A DNA stretch of 33,081 nucleotides from IMG/VR virus record IMGVR_UViG_3300032295_001241, positions 1 to 33,081 of that record, one strand, 5' to 3'. Below the pieces are notes generated by a model that ran no database searches, was not told where the DNA came from, and saw only the letters and a list, made by a program, of their open reading frames with translations. A program made the translations under genes and the position numbers. Within the stretch, counting starts at the first letter, position 1. Each line of letters starts with the position of its first letter. Of the stretch, positions 6,756-17,553 are shown one piece after another. This DNA is from a virus (Duplodnaviria; Caudoviricetes).

Positions 6756-8525
6756 ATGCTCACAGCTGAAGAGATTGTAGAACTCTACAACCAGCGCAAG
6801 AAAGCTGCTGGCCCTGTAAGAGAGCAGATGCGCCGTATTCGCGACCTTGCGAACGGTGACATTGTGCTTCCACTCAACGAGTTGGACAGGAACGCTCGTA
6901 GTTCTGTAGCCAACTTGTTCATCCAGGGTCTCGAACAGATGTCAATGCGTGTTGCATCAACCATGCCATCACCTTATTTCCCTCCTGTTAAGGAAGGATC
7001 AGAGCGAAGCAAGAACAATGCCAAGCAAAAGAGGCAGGCAATGCTTGCTATGTGGGATAACAACCGTATGCCAATGAAGATGCGCCGTCGTGCGCGTCAC
7101 TTGTTCGCATATGCCAACTCACCAGTAATTATTAAGCCTGACTTCCGTAAGCTTACCCCTACTTGGCAGGTGCGTAACCCTCTTAATACGTTTGCTGCAC
7201 CAGTTGAGGACATGGACGATCCAGTTCCTTATGACTGTATCTTCACCTATCAAGTAACAGCTTCGTTCTTGATCCGTACCTACGGAGAGAAGGTGGTACA
7301 GCAGCTACGCATGGGCAAGGTTGACAGCGATCAGAAGTTCACCATGCTTGAATATGTTTCACCTGAAGCGATTCAGATGTGCGTTATCGGTTCGGTTCCG
7401 GAATACGACGACATGGAAGTCTCTGAGTACGGTGGATTCGCAGCAGTAATGCTTGAGCAGATCCCTAACCGCACGGGTTTGCCACTCGTAGTTAACCCAG
7501 GTCGCATTACTCTTGACAAGCCACGTGGTCAGTTCGACGGAATCCTTGGCATGTACTACACGCGTGCGCGTTTGCAGGCTCTTACCGAGATTGCTATTGA
7601 GCGCGGTATCTTCCCAGAGGAATACCTTGTTGCTCGTTCCGGCGAGAACCCAGAGATTATCCAGATTGCCGATGGCAAAACAGGTCAGCTTGGCGTTGTT
7701 AAGGGTGGAGACATCCAACAGCTACAGGTAAACCCTGGATATAAGACTGACACAGCCCTGGATCGCTTGGAGCGACAGGAACGACTAGAGGGTGCTATCC
7801 CTGCTGAGTTCGGTGGAGAGTCCGGAACAAACATCCGTACTGGTCGCCGTGGTGATTCTGTTCTTTCTGCAACAATCGACTACCGAGTGCAAGAAGCACA
7901 GACAATCTTTGAGTCCTCAATGGTCGAGGAAGACAAGATTGCTATTGCAGTCGAGAAGGCTTACTGGGGTGTGTTCCAGAAGTCCTTCTACATTCCTGGT
8001 CGAGCAGCTGCAGGCATCTCTTTGTATGTTCCTAACCAGCTTTGGGACAACGACTTCCACTATGTCTCGTACTCGGCAGCAGGATCTGACGTTAACGGAC
8101 TTGTTGTCGGACTTGGTCAACGTCTTGGAACTGGATTGATGAGCAAGGAATCTGCACGCGAAGCCGATCCATTGATCTCGGACCCAGATCTAGAGCACGA
8201 CAGAATCATCCAAGAGGGTATAGAGTCTGCATTGCTGTCTTCAATCCAGCAACAAGCAGTAGATCCTAACGGCCCTTATCAGCCTGAGGATCTTGCATAC
8301 CTTACCCGTTTAGTGGTAGAAAATGATGTAACACTTTATGAAGCAGTCAAGCGTACAGATCAGAGAGCACGAGATAGGCAAGCAGCAATGATGCCTCCAG
8401 GTGCACCTGAGACTATGCCTGGACTTGCACCACCGGGAATGGGAGCAGAAGCACAAGCAATGGCCCCTGCTGGTCCACAAGGTGGAGGACTCGACGCTCT
8501 ATTAGCTCAACTTGGTGGTCAATAA
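6756..8525 (+). CDS. portal protein
   Basis: 589 aa downstream of terL; helical N-terminus, portal-like layout, low-complexity Pro/Gly/Met C-terminal tail. Confidence 0.8.
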   Translation: MLTAEEIVELYNQRKKAAGPVREQMRRIRDLANGDIVLPLNELDRNARSSVANLFIQGLEQMSMRVASTMPSPYFPPVKEGSERSKNNAKQKRQAMLAMWDNNRMPMKMRRRARHLFAYANSPVIIKPDFRKLTPTWQVRNPLNTFAAPVEDMDDPVPYDCIFTYQVTASFLIRTYGEKVVQQLRMGKVDSDQKFTMLEYVSPEAIQMCVIGSVPEYDDMEVSEYGGFAAVMLEQIPNRTGLPLVVNPGRITLDKPRGQFDGILGMYYTRARLQALTEIAIERGIFPEEYLVARSGENPEIIQIADGKTGQLGVVKGGDIQQLQVNPGYKTDTALDRLERQERLEGAIPAEFGGESGTNIRTGRRGDSVLSATIDYRVQEAQTIFESSMVEEDKIAIAVEKAYWGVFQKSFYIPGRAAAGISLYVPNQLWDNDFHYVSYSAAGSDVNGLVVGLGQRLGTGLMSKESAREADPLISDPDLEHDRIIQEGIESALLSSIQQQAVDPNGPYQPEDLAYLTRLVVENDVTLYEAVKRTDQRARDRQAAMMPPGAPETMPGLAPPGMGAEAQAMAPAGPQGGGLDALLAQLGGQ

Positions 8526-8912
8526 ATGGCAATTCGTAGTGATCTTCAGAACCCAGCTGCAAAGATTGGCAGCACAATGACACCAAAGGTTGCACCATCA
8601 AATCAGTATGGTGAATCAGCCAAGTTAATGCGTGGACTGAAGGACGTACCAGCTGGTGCACCACCATCAGAAGCTGTTCAGTCGCAGCCACAGGGGCCAC
8701 GTCCCGGAAGCCTTCCTGACTTGTTTGCACCAACTGCTTTCCCTAACGAACCAATCACATCTGGTGCTGACTTTGGCGCAGGCATGTCTTCGTTTCAGGC
8801 GGGAATTCCTATGGCTAACCCAAACAATGATGCAATCATCGAACTTCGCAATATCTCGCGTATGTTTCCTGAGAGTGGGATATCTGACCTTCTTGACAAG
8901 TATGGAGAGTAA
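8526..8912 (+). CDS. Pro-rich hypothetical virion-associated protein
   Basis: 128 aa coupled to portal; QYGE and PTAFPNEPITSGADFGAG motifs. Confidence 0.7.
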   Translation: MAIRSDLQNPAAKIGSTMTPKVAPSNQYGESAKLMRGLKDVPAGAPPSEAVQSQPQGPRPGSLPDLFAPTAFPNEPITSGADFGAGMSSFQAGIPMANPNNDAIIELRNISRMFPESGISDLLDKYGE

Positions 8913-11900
8913 TGGCCCGTTGGCAAAACTACCTAGATCAATCGTCAATCCAGGGCGTATATCAGAAGGCCGCGAATAAAGACGCTGAGCTTGCTCGTCC
9001 GACTATTGTCGATCCACTTGTAACAGAGCGCATTTCATACATCAATACTCGTGCGCCATGGCTGTCACCAAACACTCAGGTTGCACTAGCTAAAAGCTAC
9101 GCAAGCGATCAGGCTATTGACAAGGTTGCCGGATATGCGAGCAAGAATCTTGTAGACAATCCAGATCAGGCTTACACTCAGCTCAACTCGGTTCCAAGAA
9201 GCTATTGGACAACTCCTGCTGCAATTCAAGCAAGAGTAAATGTTGGTCAAGGAAACAAAGATCAAGACGTTGGTGTTCTTGATTCGCTTTATGGTGGTTT
9301 CAAGCAGGTATCTCGTGTTGCTACGGCAATATCAATGGGTCTTGGCGAGCTTGCAAACAACGCTGCTTCGCTGGAGTTTGATGAACTTGGAGTGTTGAAT
9401 AACGTCATAAACCCTTTCTATGGTTTTAGCAAAGACGCAGAGAATAAGAACCAAAGCGTAAAGACCGCCCTTAACTCATTGAGTCTTTGGCAATTGCTTA
9501 CCGACTGGGAAAACCAGGGTGAAGGATTCTTTATCTCTGAAGAGCAAATGTCTCGCCAGTCAGAAGCTGCTCGTTCATTCCGTGGAACCATCGGAGGATC
9601 TGCATTCAGCATTGGTCGAGGCGCTGCAGCAACAGTATTTGATCCAGGTAGCAGATGGTATAACGCAATGTCTGGAACGATTGACTTTGGTATTGCTCTT
9701 GCTCTGCCGGATCCGAACAAGTACATAGTCAAGGGAGTTAAGGCCGGAGCGTATGCAACAAAAGCTCTGCAAGGAGTAAAGGCCGGAGATACATTCGTTG
9801 ATGCCTACAAAGGCGCAAAAGGAATAGTACCTCTTGTTAGCCAAGCTGATGCTGACGATTTTGTCAAGGCAATCAAGTCGGAAGCTGGGCTTACAAAGAA
9901 TCTTACTGGAATGTCACTTGATGTAAACAAGTGGAATAACTTCATGGACAATCACCCAATTGCTCGTCGCGCCGTAAATGATCTTATCGACACTACTAAT
10001 CCAGAAGATGTTCTCAAGAAGTTCAAGGGCAGAATAACGATTGAGGAGTCTGTTGCTTTGTCTAAAGCAAAGACAGCCGAACAGGTAAAAGAAGTTCTTG
10101 TAAACCAATATGCTCTTGGAAAGAATACTTTGTCGACAGATATCTACGATATTCGTCCAAACGTATTCCATAACCCAGCTCAATGGGCCGTACAGCGCAC
10201 CCCATTGAAGCGTTCGCGTTTGCTTATGCATTTGCCGGAACGAGAAATCGTTATTAACGGTAACGACCAGCAGAGAAGCGCTTCTGTGTTGAACATGATT
10301 AAGTCCATTGAGGTATCTGGTGGAACAGCCGAAGATGTTCGCAATTTCAGTGCCAAGGCTTTTGAAAAGTTCAAGGCAACATCTAGTTCAGACGATCAAA
10401 GAGATGCATACAAGGTTTACGAGAGCGCATTACGTGTAATTCTTGGGCGCAACGGCGTCAAGGACGAAGTATCCAACCTGATCTTTGAGCGCCCTAGGTA
10501 CGACATGCAGAAGCTTCGTAGCTACATGACCAGTCGCATGGGTCTTGAAACGGATAACGGCATGATGAAGACTTATGCCGCACAGCTAAGGAAGCATTTC
10601 CCTGACACCGTTTACAATGACATGCTTGAAAAGGTTGCAGAAACTGGATACGAGGGGTATGGATTTACTCGTCCAATGCAACTGTCAGAACTGTTTGACC
10701 GAGTGCAGACGCTTCCAGATCCAAGAGAAATCCGCAGGTTAACTGGTAATCCTTTGATCATGGAGGCTCTGAATACTGTTGGTCTTGCGGCAAAGCCTAC
10801 AAAGTATTTGACTTCCAAGGTCCGTCGGATGGATGTTATCGAGTATACAGATCCAGAACGCGCAGTTGAGATCAATGGTGAAATCTCAAAGCTGACGAAT
10901 ATCAATAGGACTAATGCCGACAACATCAGACTTGGCGCATTGCGCGACGAGCTTGAATCCATGCAGCAGGAAGTAAAGCGATTCAGGTATACCGGAGAAG
11001 CAAATATGGGAATTGCTTTCATGGATACATTGCAGAACTCCATTTGGAAACCCCTGCAGTTGGCAACCATCGGTTACGTTATGCGTAACAGCATTGACGC
11101 TCAGGTCCGTATGGCATTCGGTGGAGCTTCAGGATTCTTGAACCATCCTGTTGAGTACATCTCTTTGCTTATTGGAGAGACCAAATCATCCAGCAGGCTT
11201 ATGAAGATGGCTAAGAATGCTGGCTTTGACACGTTTGAAAAGTCAATCCTTGGAGAAGAACTAACAGCAAAAGCTGCGGATCTATACAACAATTTACGCC
11301 AGGAGCACGCTGAACTTCTTAATCTTGACGCCCGCAAGCAGGGTCTTGCAGCAAACAACTTTGGTGGACACCTTCACAGAACTAACCAGTGGAGAATTGT
11401 AACCAAGCAGGATGGAATTGAGAACTATCAGCGTGGAATCATAAACCAAATCAGACTCTCAAACTCTGACGAGCTGCAAAAGACTGTGGCTAAAGGTCGC
11501 GTTCTTGGTCTTGACGACGAAACTATAATGCAAGAACTTCTTTCTACGGCAAAGCAGCGAAAGAATCTAAACAACATTGACGGTATTTATAGCCGCGGTG
11601 TTCCTTTTGTGGATCGCATGGGGCGCGAAGCAATAGGCCCAGCACGCTCGATCAAAGGACTTGAGTCAAAAGACCTTGATGAGTGGCTGACCAACGTGCA
11701 CCTAAAGCCTGTTGTAATCGACGCTGTTGACAACCTTTCAGGTGGATACAACGAAATGAACTTCATGATTGCCTTTGACAAAGTTCCTTTGTACGACAAG
11801 GCTTTCGAGGCAAACGTTAGTACCTTGCTGCCAAGGGTTGCAGGTGAAGATCTTAAAGCTGGGTCATTCGTAAAGAACATTGATGGAGAAGAAGGTGTGA

Positions 11901-13951
11901 TTACACGTCTTCTTGACGATGGAACAGCTACGGTTATTCCTGTTGCTGCTGGTTCTGCAAGCAAAGGATACAACGGTCACAAGATGGCACGTTCGTTTAT
12001 CCGCAAAGCCCAGGTGTTTGACGGCGTAGAAGGATCAAAGGGCTTGCCTCAAGGTGCAGCCATGGAAATTATTTATGCTTCAAACAAGGAAAAGACATCA
12101 TGGTTCAACGATGTCCAGGAAGGACTTGACAAGAAGGCTGACCTTTTGTTCAACGAACTTATTGGTAAGCGTTGGGTTAAAACAACTGAGCGTAGTCCTG
12201 TATTCCGCAAGTTCTATTACGATACGATCAGCGAACAGATTGGACGACTTAGCAAAAAAGAAGCCGATGATCTTATTGCAAAGCTAAAAGTTAGCGCCCA
12301 AAAAGCTGACATGGGCGATGACATCGGCAAATACATTGGCAGCAATGAGGCGGCGCAGAAACTCCTTAACGCTAAGGGAACCGGAACAGTTACTGCCGCT
12401 CAGCTAGATGACTACGCTCGTGTTGTCGCCCTTGAAAAGACAAAGGGTTTGCTGTACGACGCTTCCGAAAAGAACAACCTTGAAGACATGCTGCGCATTA
12501 TTGCCCCGTTCGTTTCTGCATGGAAGAACGTTCTTGGAACATACGCTGGTTTGATGTTGGAAGATCCAACAGTTGCAACCCGCTTTGGTCGTTACTCCAA
12601 CATGATGATGAACAGCGACCCGGACAGAGACGGTCGTGGTTTCTGGTACAAAGATCCACAGACTGGTGAGACTTACTTCAAGTTCCCGGCAATCATGGGT
12701 CTCAACCTGCCAGCATTCTTGCTTGACAAAGTAACCGGAGTCAACCCATTCTTCGAAGCACCTGTCAGTCAGCTTAGCCAAGGTATGTCTTGGTTGCCTG
12801 GTCTTGGACCAGTTGCTCAGCTGCCAGCTTCATTCCTGTTGCAGAACAAGCCAGACAACGACTGGATGGTCAAGATGTTGTTGCCTTATGGAAAGGTCCC
12901 AGCAAACGAAAGCTTGACATCGCTTAGTCCTGTTCCTGGTTCTGTCTCTAAGATAGCTGGAGTAATCAAGAGTTACGTAACAAACTCCGAAGACCAGATG
13001 AACACAACCATCTCGAACTCATACATCGAAGTTCTGCGTGCAAGATACGCAACCGGAGATTACGACATTAATAAAGAAGAAGACCTCAAGCGTCTCAAGA
13101 GTGACTCCAAGCGTGATGCACAAAACATCACCCTACTTCGAGCTGCCCAACAGTTCATTGGACCAACCTCACCTCAAGTTGGGCTAACAGTCAAGGTCAA
13201 AGGTATTGACGTTTATGTAGATCAGATGGCTAAGGTTTTTGAAAAGATGCAGGACGAGAACTACGACACTGCAACACAGCGATTCCTCAAGGTCTTTGGC
13301 GAAGAAATGGCGCTGTACGTCGGATCAAAGAGCAGGTCCGTGGTACCTGGTCTTGAGGCATCAACCGAGTTCGGTGAGTGGGAATTTGAAAACAAGGACC
13401 TGCTTACCGGCAAGTACGCTGATGTTGCCGCATACCTGGCTCCTACCGGATCGGAGCTTGACTTCGATGTTTGGAAGCGTCAGCTCGGAGAGGGTAAGCG
13501 AGTCAAGCTGACAGACGACGAACTGATTGAGCTGGCTCAGAACCGTATTGGATCAGCCAAGTACCGCGCGGCACGTAAAACGTTTGGTCAATTCCCTAAC
13601 GACATTCAACGCGCCCGCCTTGACTCATATAGAGCTTCCTTGAATGAGCAGTATCCTGGTTTCCCGAGGTACGCACAGTTTGAGGTTGGCAAGTTCCCCA
13701 ACCAATTGGAAGCACTCAAGGATCTAGTTGAAGAAGAGAGAGTTCAGGATAACCCTGTGGTCGCGGTGATTAGGGACTACCTGGCTAACCGCAAAGTGTA
13801 TCTAGCTCAAGCTGGTGGTAAGTCTTTTGAGTCAAAGAAGGCAACCCCTGCGAGAATGTATATGTACAACTACGGTAACCAGCTAGCAGAACAAAACCCA
13901 CAGTTTGCTAGAATCTGGGAACGATTGCTGATTCAAGAGGTTGAAGACTAA
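8912..13951 (+). CDS. large probable internal virion (ejection) protein
   Basis: 1679 aa, predominantly helical composition, within the structural operon; no tape-measure periodicity or polymerase motif recognised. Confidence 0.65.
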   Translation: MARWQNYLDQSSIQGVYQKAANKDAELARPTIVDPLVTERISYINTRAPWLSPNTQVALAKSYASDQAIDKVAGYASKNLVDNPDQAYTQLNSVPRSYWTTPAAIQARVNVGQGNKDQDVGVLDSLYGGFKQVSRVATAISMGLGELANNAASLEFDELGVLNNVINPFYGFSKDAENKNQSVKTALNSLSLWQLLTDWENQGEGFFISEEQMSRQSEAARSFRGTIGGSAFSIGRGAAATVFDPGSRWYNAMSGTIDFGIALALPDPNKYIVKGVKAGAYATKALQGVKAGDTFVDAYKGAKGIVPLVSQADADDFVKAIKSEAGLTKNLTGMSLDVNKWNNFMDNHPIARRAVNDLIDTTNPEDVLKKFKGRITIEESVALSKAKTAEQVKEVLVNQYALGKNTLSTDIYDIRPNVFHNPAQWAVQRTPLKRSRLLMHLPEREIVINGNDQQRSASVLNMIKSIEVSGGTAEDVRNFSAKAFEKFKATSSSDDQRDAYKVYESALRVILGRNGVKDEVSNLIFERPRYDMQKLRSYMTSRMGLETDNGMMKTYAAQLRKHFPDTVYNDMLEKVAETGYEGYGFTRPMQLSELFDRVQTLPDPREIRRLTGNPLIMEALNTVGLAAKPTKYLTSKVRRMDVIEYTDPERAVEINGEISKLTNINRTNADNIRLGALRDELESMQQEVKRFRYTGEANMGIAFMDTLQNSIWKPLQLATIGYVMRNSIDAQVRMAFGGASGFLNHPVEYISLLIGETKSSSRLMKMAKNAGFDTFEKSILGEELTAKAADLYNNLRQEHAELLNLDARKQGLAANNFGGHLHRTNQWRIVTKQDGIENYQRGIINQIRLSNSDELQKTVAKGRVLGLDDETIMQELLSTAKQRKNLNNIDGIYSRGVPFVDRMGREAIGPARSIKGLESKDLDEWLTNVHLKPVVIDAVDNLSGGYNEMNFMIAFDKVPLYDKAFEANVSTLLPRVAGEDLKAGSFVKNIDGEEGVITRLLDDGTATVIPVAAGSASKGYNGHKMARSFIRKAQVFDGVEGSKGLPQGAAMEIIYASNKEKTSWFNDVQEGLDKKADLLFNELIGKRWVKTTERSPVFRKFYYDTISEQIGRLSKKEADDLIAKLKVSAQKADMGDDIGKYIGSNEAAQKLLNAKGTGTVTAAQLDDYARVVALEKTKGLLYDASEKNNLEDMLRIIAPFVSAWKNVLGTYAGLMLEDPTVATRFGRYSNMMMNSDPDRDGRGFWYKDPQTGETYFKFPAIMGLNLPAFLLDKVTGVNPFFEAPVSQLSQGMSWLPGLGPVAQLPASFLLQNKPDNDWMVKMLLPYGKVPANESLTSLSPVPGSVSKIAGVIKSYVTNSEDQMNTTISNSYIEVLRARYATGDYDINKEEDLKRLKSDSKRDAQNITLLRAAQQFIGPTSPQVGLTVKVKGIDVYVDQMAKVFEKMQDENYDTATQRFLKVFGEEMALYVGSKSRSVVPGLEASTEFGEWEFENKDLLTGKYADVAAYLAPTGSELDFDVWKRQLGEGKRVKLTDDELIELAQNRIGSAKYRAARKTFGQFPNDIQRARLDSYRASLNEQYPGFPRYAQFEVGKFPNQLEALKDLVEEERVQDNPVVAVIRDYLANRKVYLAQAGGKSFESKKATPARMYMYNYGNQLAEQNPQFARIWERLLIQEVED

Positions 13952-14877
13952 TGGCGCGAGCAAAAATTTCAGGTGTCACGCAGAACAGAATCGTGCCAAC
14001 GAAGGAAACTACACCAACAGATCAGGGTAAAACGGCGGACCAAATGGTCTCCGAAATTGATCCATCCTTGGTTCAAGATCAAGCAGACGGAGAAATCCCT
14101 GCCACATCTGTGGTTAACCCTTCTTCTATTACTGGAACCAACTATCCAATCCCTCCTCGTTATGTTCCGGCGACAGCAGAGAACCTTGCTCTTGCTGCAA
14201 AAGACGGAGAGCTTGACACTACGTTCGCCAATCAGGTAACCCTGCGGAGAATAGGCGGGAACCCGAACCTTCCATCCGTGTACATTGGACCAAGACTTCT
14301 TGATGAAAAGGGAAAGCTTCAGAACTGGTACGGATCAAACGGCGAAAGCATTGATACCGAGTTCTTTACTGCTTCTGCATCAGAGAGAGCGACGCTAATT
14401 TCTACTGCTCAAAAGCTTGGGTTCTTCTATGGACAAAAGCCAAGTGGAGCGATGCTTGCCGGTAACGGCCTTGACTCAAGCGACAGGCGGGCAGTACAGG
14501 ATCTTCTTGACTTCTCTGTACGCAATGGTAGGACCTGGCGTCTTGTCGGAGGCATGGTTTCTTCCGGGCAGATTGCCACCTCCGGCGTTGGAACTGGAAA
14601 ACTATACAGCGTTGTATCCACAGAGGATGCAGCTGACGCGGTAAAAGAAGAGTTCCTGCGTGTCTTGAAGCGCATGCCAACTGTTGCTGAGGTAAAGCAG
14701 GCTGCACTTAATATCCAGAACGAAGAGCGCAAACGAGCACAAGGTGGATCAATGGACCCAACATCATTAAGTGTCGCTGCTCGTTCTCAGGCTCAGATGG
14801 CTGCACCTGGAGAGTATGCCGCGAACGCTGCTGGTAGTGCTGTGAACAGACTCTTCGCATTGTTTGGTGGTGCATAA
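13951..14877 (+). CDS. probable internal virion protein
   Basis: 308 aa, TAATG coupling; function inferred from position. Confidence 0.55.
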   Translation: MARAKISGVTQNRIVPTKETTPTDQGKTADQMVSEIDPSLVQDQADGEIPATSVVNPSSITGTNYPIPPRYVPATAENLALAAKDGELDTTFANQVTLRRIGGNPNLPSVYIGPRLLDEKGKLQNWYGSNGESIDTEFFTASASERATLISTAQKLGFFYGQKPSGAMLAGNGLDSSDRRAVQDLLDFSVRNGRTWRLVGGMVSSGQIATSGVGTGKLYSVVSTEDAADAVKEEFLRVLKRMPTVAEVKQAALNIQNEERKRAQGGSMDPTSLSVAARSQAQMAAPGEYAANAAGSAVNRLFALFGGA

Positions 14878-15830
14878 TGGCACCTAAAGGAAAGACCACA
14901 GTAACCCCTGCGCCGAAGAAGCAAAACTGGAAAGAAACGTTTGTTGCCAAGTATCCGCAATTCAGGACTCTAATTGATGGCGGTGCTGGAGAAGCCGAGG
15001 CTCGTTTAACTTTTGGCGATGATGTAGTCGACCTCATTATCGACGTTGCGACCAGGCCAGATCAATACGATTTCACGACTCAAGCTGGTCTAGATGCGTT
15101 TGACTCAAAGGTTTATGCAACAAGGTATTACAACGAAACAGCTAATGCCGCTAAAGCTTTTGATGCTTTAACAACTGGTGAAAGACTGGACAAGATCCAG
15201 ACAAACCGTGTTAGTGTCGCAAACAAATACGGTGACCTTGGACTTACTTCAAAAGAACTTGACAGCATTGCAACCACGGCTACACGTCGAGGGCTTGCTG
15301 GTATTGGTTTAAGTCAGTACATCAACACAATCGTTGGCAGTCGTGCACGTGGAAAGCAGGATCTTCTTGAAGGTGCAGACGCCCAGGAATTTAAGAAGGT
15401 TGCAGATGCTTACGGTTATAGGCCAGCTGATCTTGAGGATCAAATCTTTGCTGCAGTTCAAGGCAAAGAATATGGTGGTGAAATTCTTACTGTTGATTCT
15501 TTCAAAAAAAGAGGCCTAGCTCTTGCCAAGGCCGCTTACTTCCAGCTTTCACCTCAGCTGGATGCAGGGCTTACGCTCGCAGAGATCTTCACTCCATACC
15601 GAGAACTTGCTGCTCGCACCCTAGAAATGGCCCCTGATTCAATTGACTTCAATGATCCCAAGTACAGCGTTGCTTTTGGAACAGCAGATAAAAGACCAAT
15701 GAGCCTTAACGAATGGCAGGAAACACTTAAGTCTGATTCCAGATACGGGTACGACAAAACAAATCAGGCCAAGCAGGATGCAAGATCAATGGTTTTGGCT
15801 ATGGCTAAAGCGTTTGGAAAGGTCGAGTAA
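14877..15830 (+). CDS. probable internal virion protein
   Basis: 317 aa, TAATG coupling; function inferred from position. Confidence 0.55.
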   Translation: MAPKGKTTVTPAPKKQNWKETFVAKYPQFRTLIDGGAGEAEARLTFGDDVVDLIIDVATRPDQYDFTTQAGLDAFDSKVYATRYYNETANAAKAFDALTTGERLDKIQTNRVSVANKYGDLGLTSKELDSIATTATRRGLAGIGLSQYINTIVGSRARGKQDLLEGADAQEFKKVADAYGYRPADLEDQIFAAVQGKEYGGEILTVDSFKKRGLALAKAAYFQLSPQLDAGLTLAEIFTPYRELAARTLEMAPDSIDFNDPKYSVAFGTADKRPMSLNEWQETLKSDSRYGYDKTNQAKQDARSMVLAMAKAFGKVE

Positions 15831-16906
15831 TGGCTGTTACACCAGAACAAGTATCCAATCTTTATGGACAAGTTGGTGGTCGCGTAACAGGCGAAGGTCA
15901 GACTTACCTAGATAGTGTTTACTCACAGTTTCAGTCCGGGTCAATGACTGCACAGCAGGCATCAGACTTGTTCAACAATGTGTTGCGTCAAGCCAATGCT
16001 GGATATTCCGGAATGGAGGGGAGTAGTATTCAGCTAGACACTTCTGGTGTTCCCGATGCCGCAAGTGCCAAAACAATCCTTCAATCTGGGCTGGCTCAGT
16101 ACGGCCTTGAAGGTCTTTACGATTCCCTGTGGACCAAGTATGTGCGTGGAGAAGTAGACGCACAGATGGACCCAGATTCTTTCATTTATTCATTAAAGGA
16201 AGAACCTGCTTACAAGCAACGCTTTGCGGCGAATGAAATCAGGAAAGCAAAGGGTTTGTCGGAGTTGCTTCCATCCAGCTACCTTGCAATGGAGCAGCAG
16301 TACAAAAACACTATGTCTTTGAACGGCTTGTCTCAGAGCTACTACTCCGACCAGGCAAAGCTTGACAAACTGATTGGTGGGGACGTAGCAATAAACGAAC
16401 TCAACAACCGTCTTCGAGATGCCTATAGAGTTGTCAGAGACGCACCAGCTGACGTAACCGAAAAGCTCAAGACAATGTATGGCCTGACAGATGGAGACAT
16501 CCTGTCCTATTTCCTTGACCCAGAGCAGGCAAGAAAAGACATGACCTCAGCTGACTACAAGATTCAGGCACAGGCAGCTTTGACGGCAGCTAAGGCAGAA
16601 CGTCAGGCTGGCTTGCAGCTTGGGACACCGTTTGCTGAAAAGGTAGCTCGTGCTGGGTTGACGGATACGCAGACAACTAACGCATTTGAAAGCATTGCTG
16701 GTATGCGTGAACTTGGACGCGCCGCACAAACGGAAGCTGGTCTGTCGCAGGAACAAGTAGCTGGATCAGCGCTTGGTCTTGACACGGAAGCAAAGAAGAG
16801 GCTTGATGAGCTCAAGCGTCAGAAGGTTGCTGGCTTGTCTGGCGGTGGATCTTTCAGTCAACGTCAAGTAAGTGGGTCGATCAGATCATCCATCGGTGAG
16901 GCGTAA
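15830..16906 (+). CDS. probable internal virion protein
   Basis: 358 aa, TAATG coupling, Ala/Gln/Gly-rich C-terminus. Confidence 0.55.
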   Translation: MAVTPEQVSNLYGQVGGRVTGEGQTYLDSVYSQFQSGSMTAQQASDLFNNVLRQANAGYSGMEGSSIQLDTSGVPDAASAKTILQSGLAQYGLEGLYDSLWTKYVRGEVDAQMDPDSFIYSLKEEPAYKQRFAANEIRKAKGLSELLPSSYLAMEQQYKNTMSLNGLSQSYYSDQAKLDKLIGGDVAINELNNRLRDAYRVVRDAPADVTEKLKTMYGLTDGDILSYFLDPEQARKDMTSADYKIQAQAALTAAKAERQAGLQLGTPFAEKVARAGLTDTQTTNAFESIAGMRELGRAAQTEAGLSQEQVAGSALGLDTEAKKRLDELKRQKVAGLSGGGSFSQRQVSGSIRSSIGEA

Positions 16907-16930
16907 CGTCACTATAAAAAAGTAATGGTG

Positions 16931-17058
16931 TACTATTGGAATAGTTCCATTAGGAACTAACCATTGGAAAACCCCCCGGTTTCAATGTGCACTTAGGGGT
17001 GTATAAGTTAAGCAGCCGTTTGGTTCCTCCAACCGAACGTGGGCAGAAGGAGTGGGTC
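16931..17058 (+). promoter_or_regulatory. promoter (-10 TACTAT) and structured 5' leader of the scaffold/capsid operon
   Basis: Four consecutive hairpins; the last has a CCTCC loop upstream of SD AAGGAG. Confidence 0.6.
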
Positions 17059-17532
17059 ATGTCAGAACAAGGCTTCTACGAAGAAGAGGACGTTCAAGAC
17101 CAAGTGCAGCAAACTCGAGATCCGGTCAGATCACATCTGAAGAAACTGGAACAAGAGAATAAAGAACTTCGACAGCTGAAAGTAGATGCTGAAGCAGCCA
17201 AGAGGAAGTTAGCTTTCGTGGAAGCAGGTGTAGACCTGTCAAGCCCGGTAGCTGAATACTTCATCAAAGGCTACGACGGTGAAATCTCTACCGAAGCCAT
17301 CAAGTCTGCAGCTTCCAAACTTAACTTAACACCGCAACAAAGTGCACCAGCACCTCAGCAGGTAGCGCCAGCCGAACAGCAGGCGTGGAACCGAATGGGC
17401 AATGCAGCACGAGTAGGCGATGCAGGTGAGCCGGAGGTTGACTTTGCTTCACGAATCTCGAATGCCAAATCTGAACGAGAAGTGATGGAATTACTGGCCC
17501 AGGCGCGAGCCAACCAAACCAACATCATCTAA
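17059..17532 (+). CDS. capsid scaffolding protein
   Basis: ATG 17059 with AAGGAG SD; acidic N-terminus, coiled coil, directly before the major capsid gene. Confidence 0.75.
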   Translation: MSEQGFYEEEDVQDQVQQTRDPVRSHLKKLEQENKELRQLKVDAEAAKRKLAFVEAGVDLSSPVAEYFIKGYDGEISTEAIKSAASKLNLTPQQSAPAPQQVAPAEQQAWNRMGNAARVGDAGEPEVDFASRISNAKSEREVMELLAQARANQTNII

Positions 17533-17553
17533 CTCAATTAAGGAACAAATAAC

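Noticed and set aside
10522-10530. CTACATGAC partial match to the ncRNA 13-mer
   Set aside because: Only 9 nt, within a CDS, no flanking stem; compatible with chance
8912-13951. Virion RNA polymerase or tape measure
   Set aside because: No polymerase catalytic motifs or tape-measure periodicity recognised; no tail-tube gene nearby
16987-17058. Upstream start for the scaffold ORF
   Set aside because: Falls inside the structured leader; ATG 17059 has the SD
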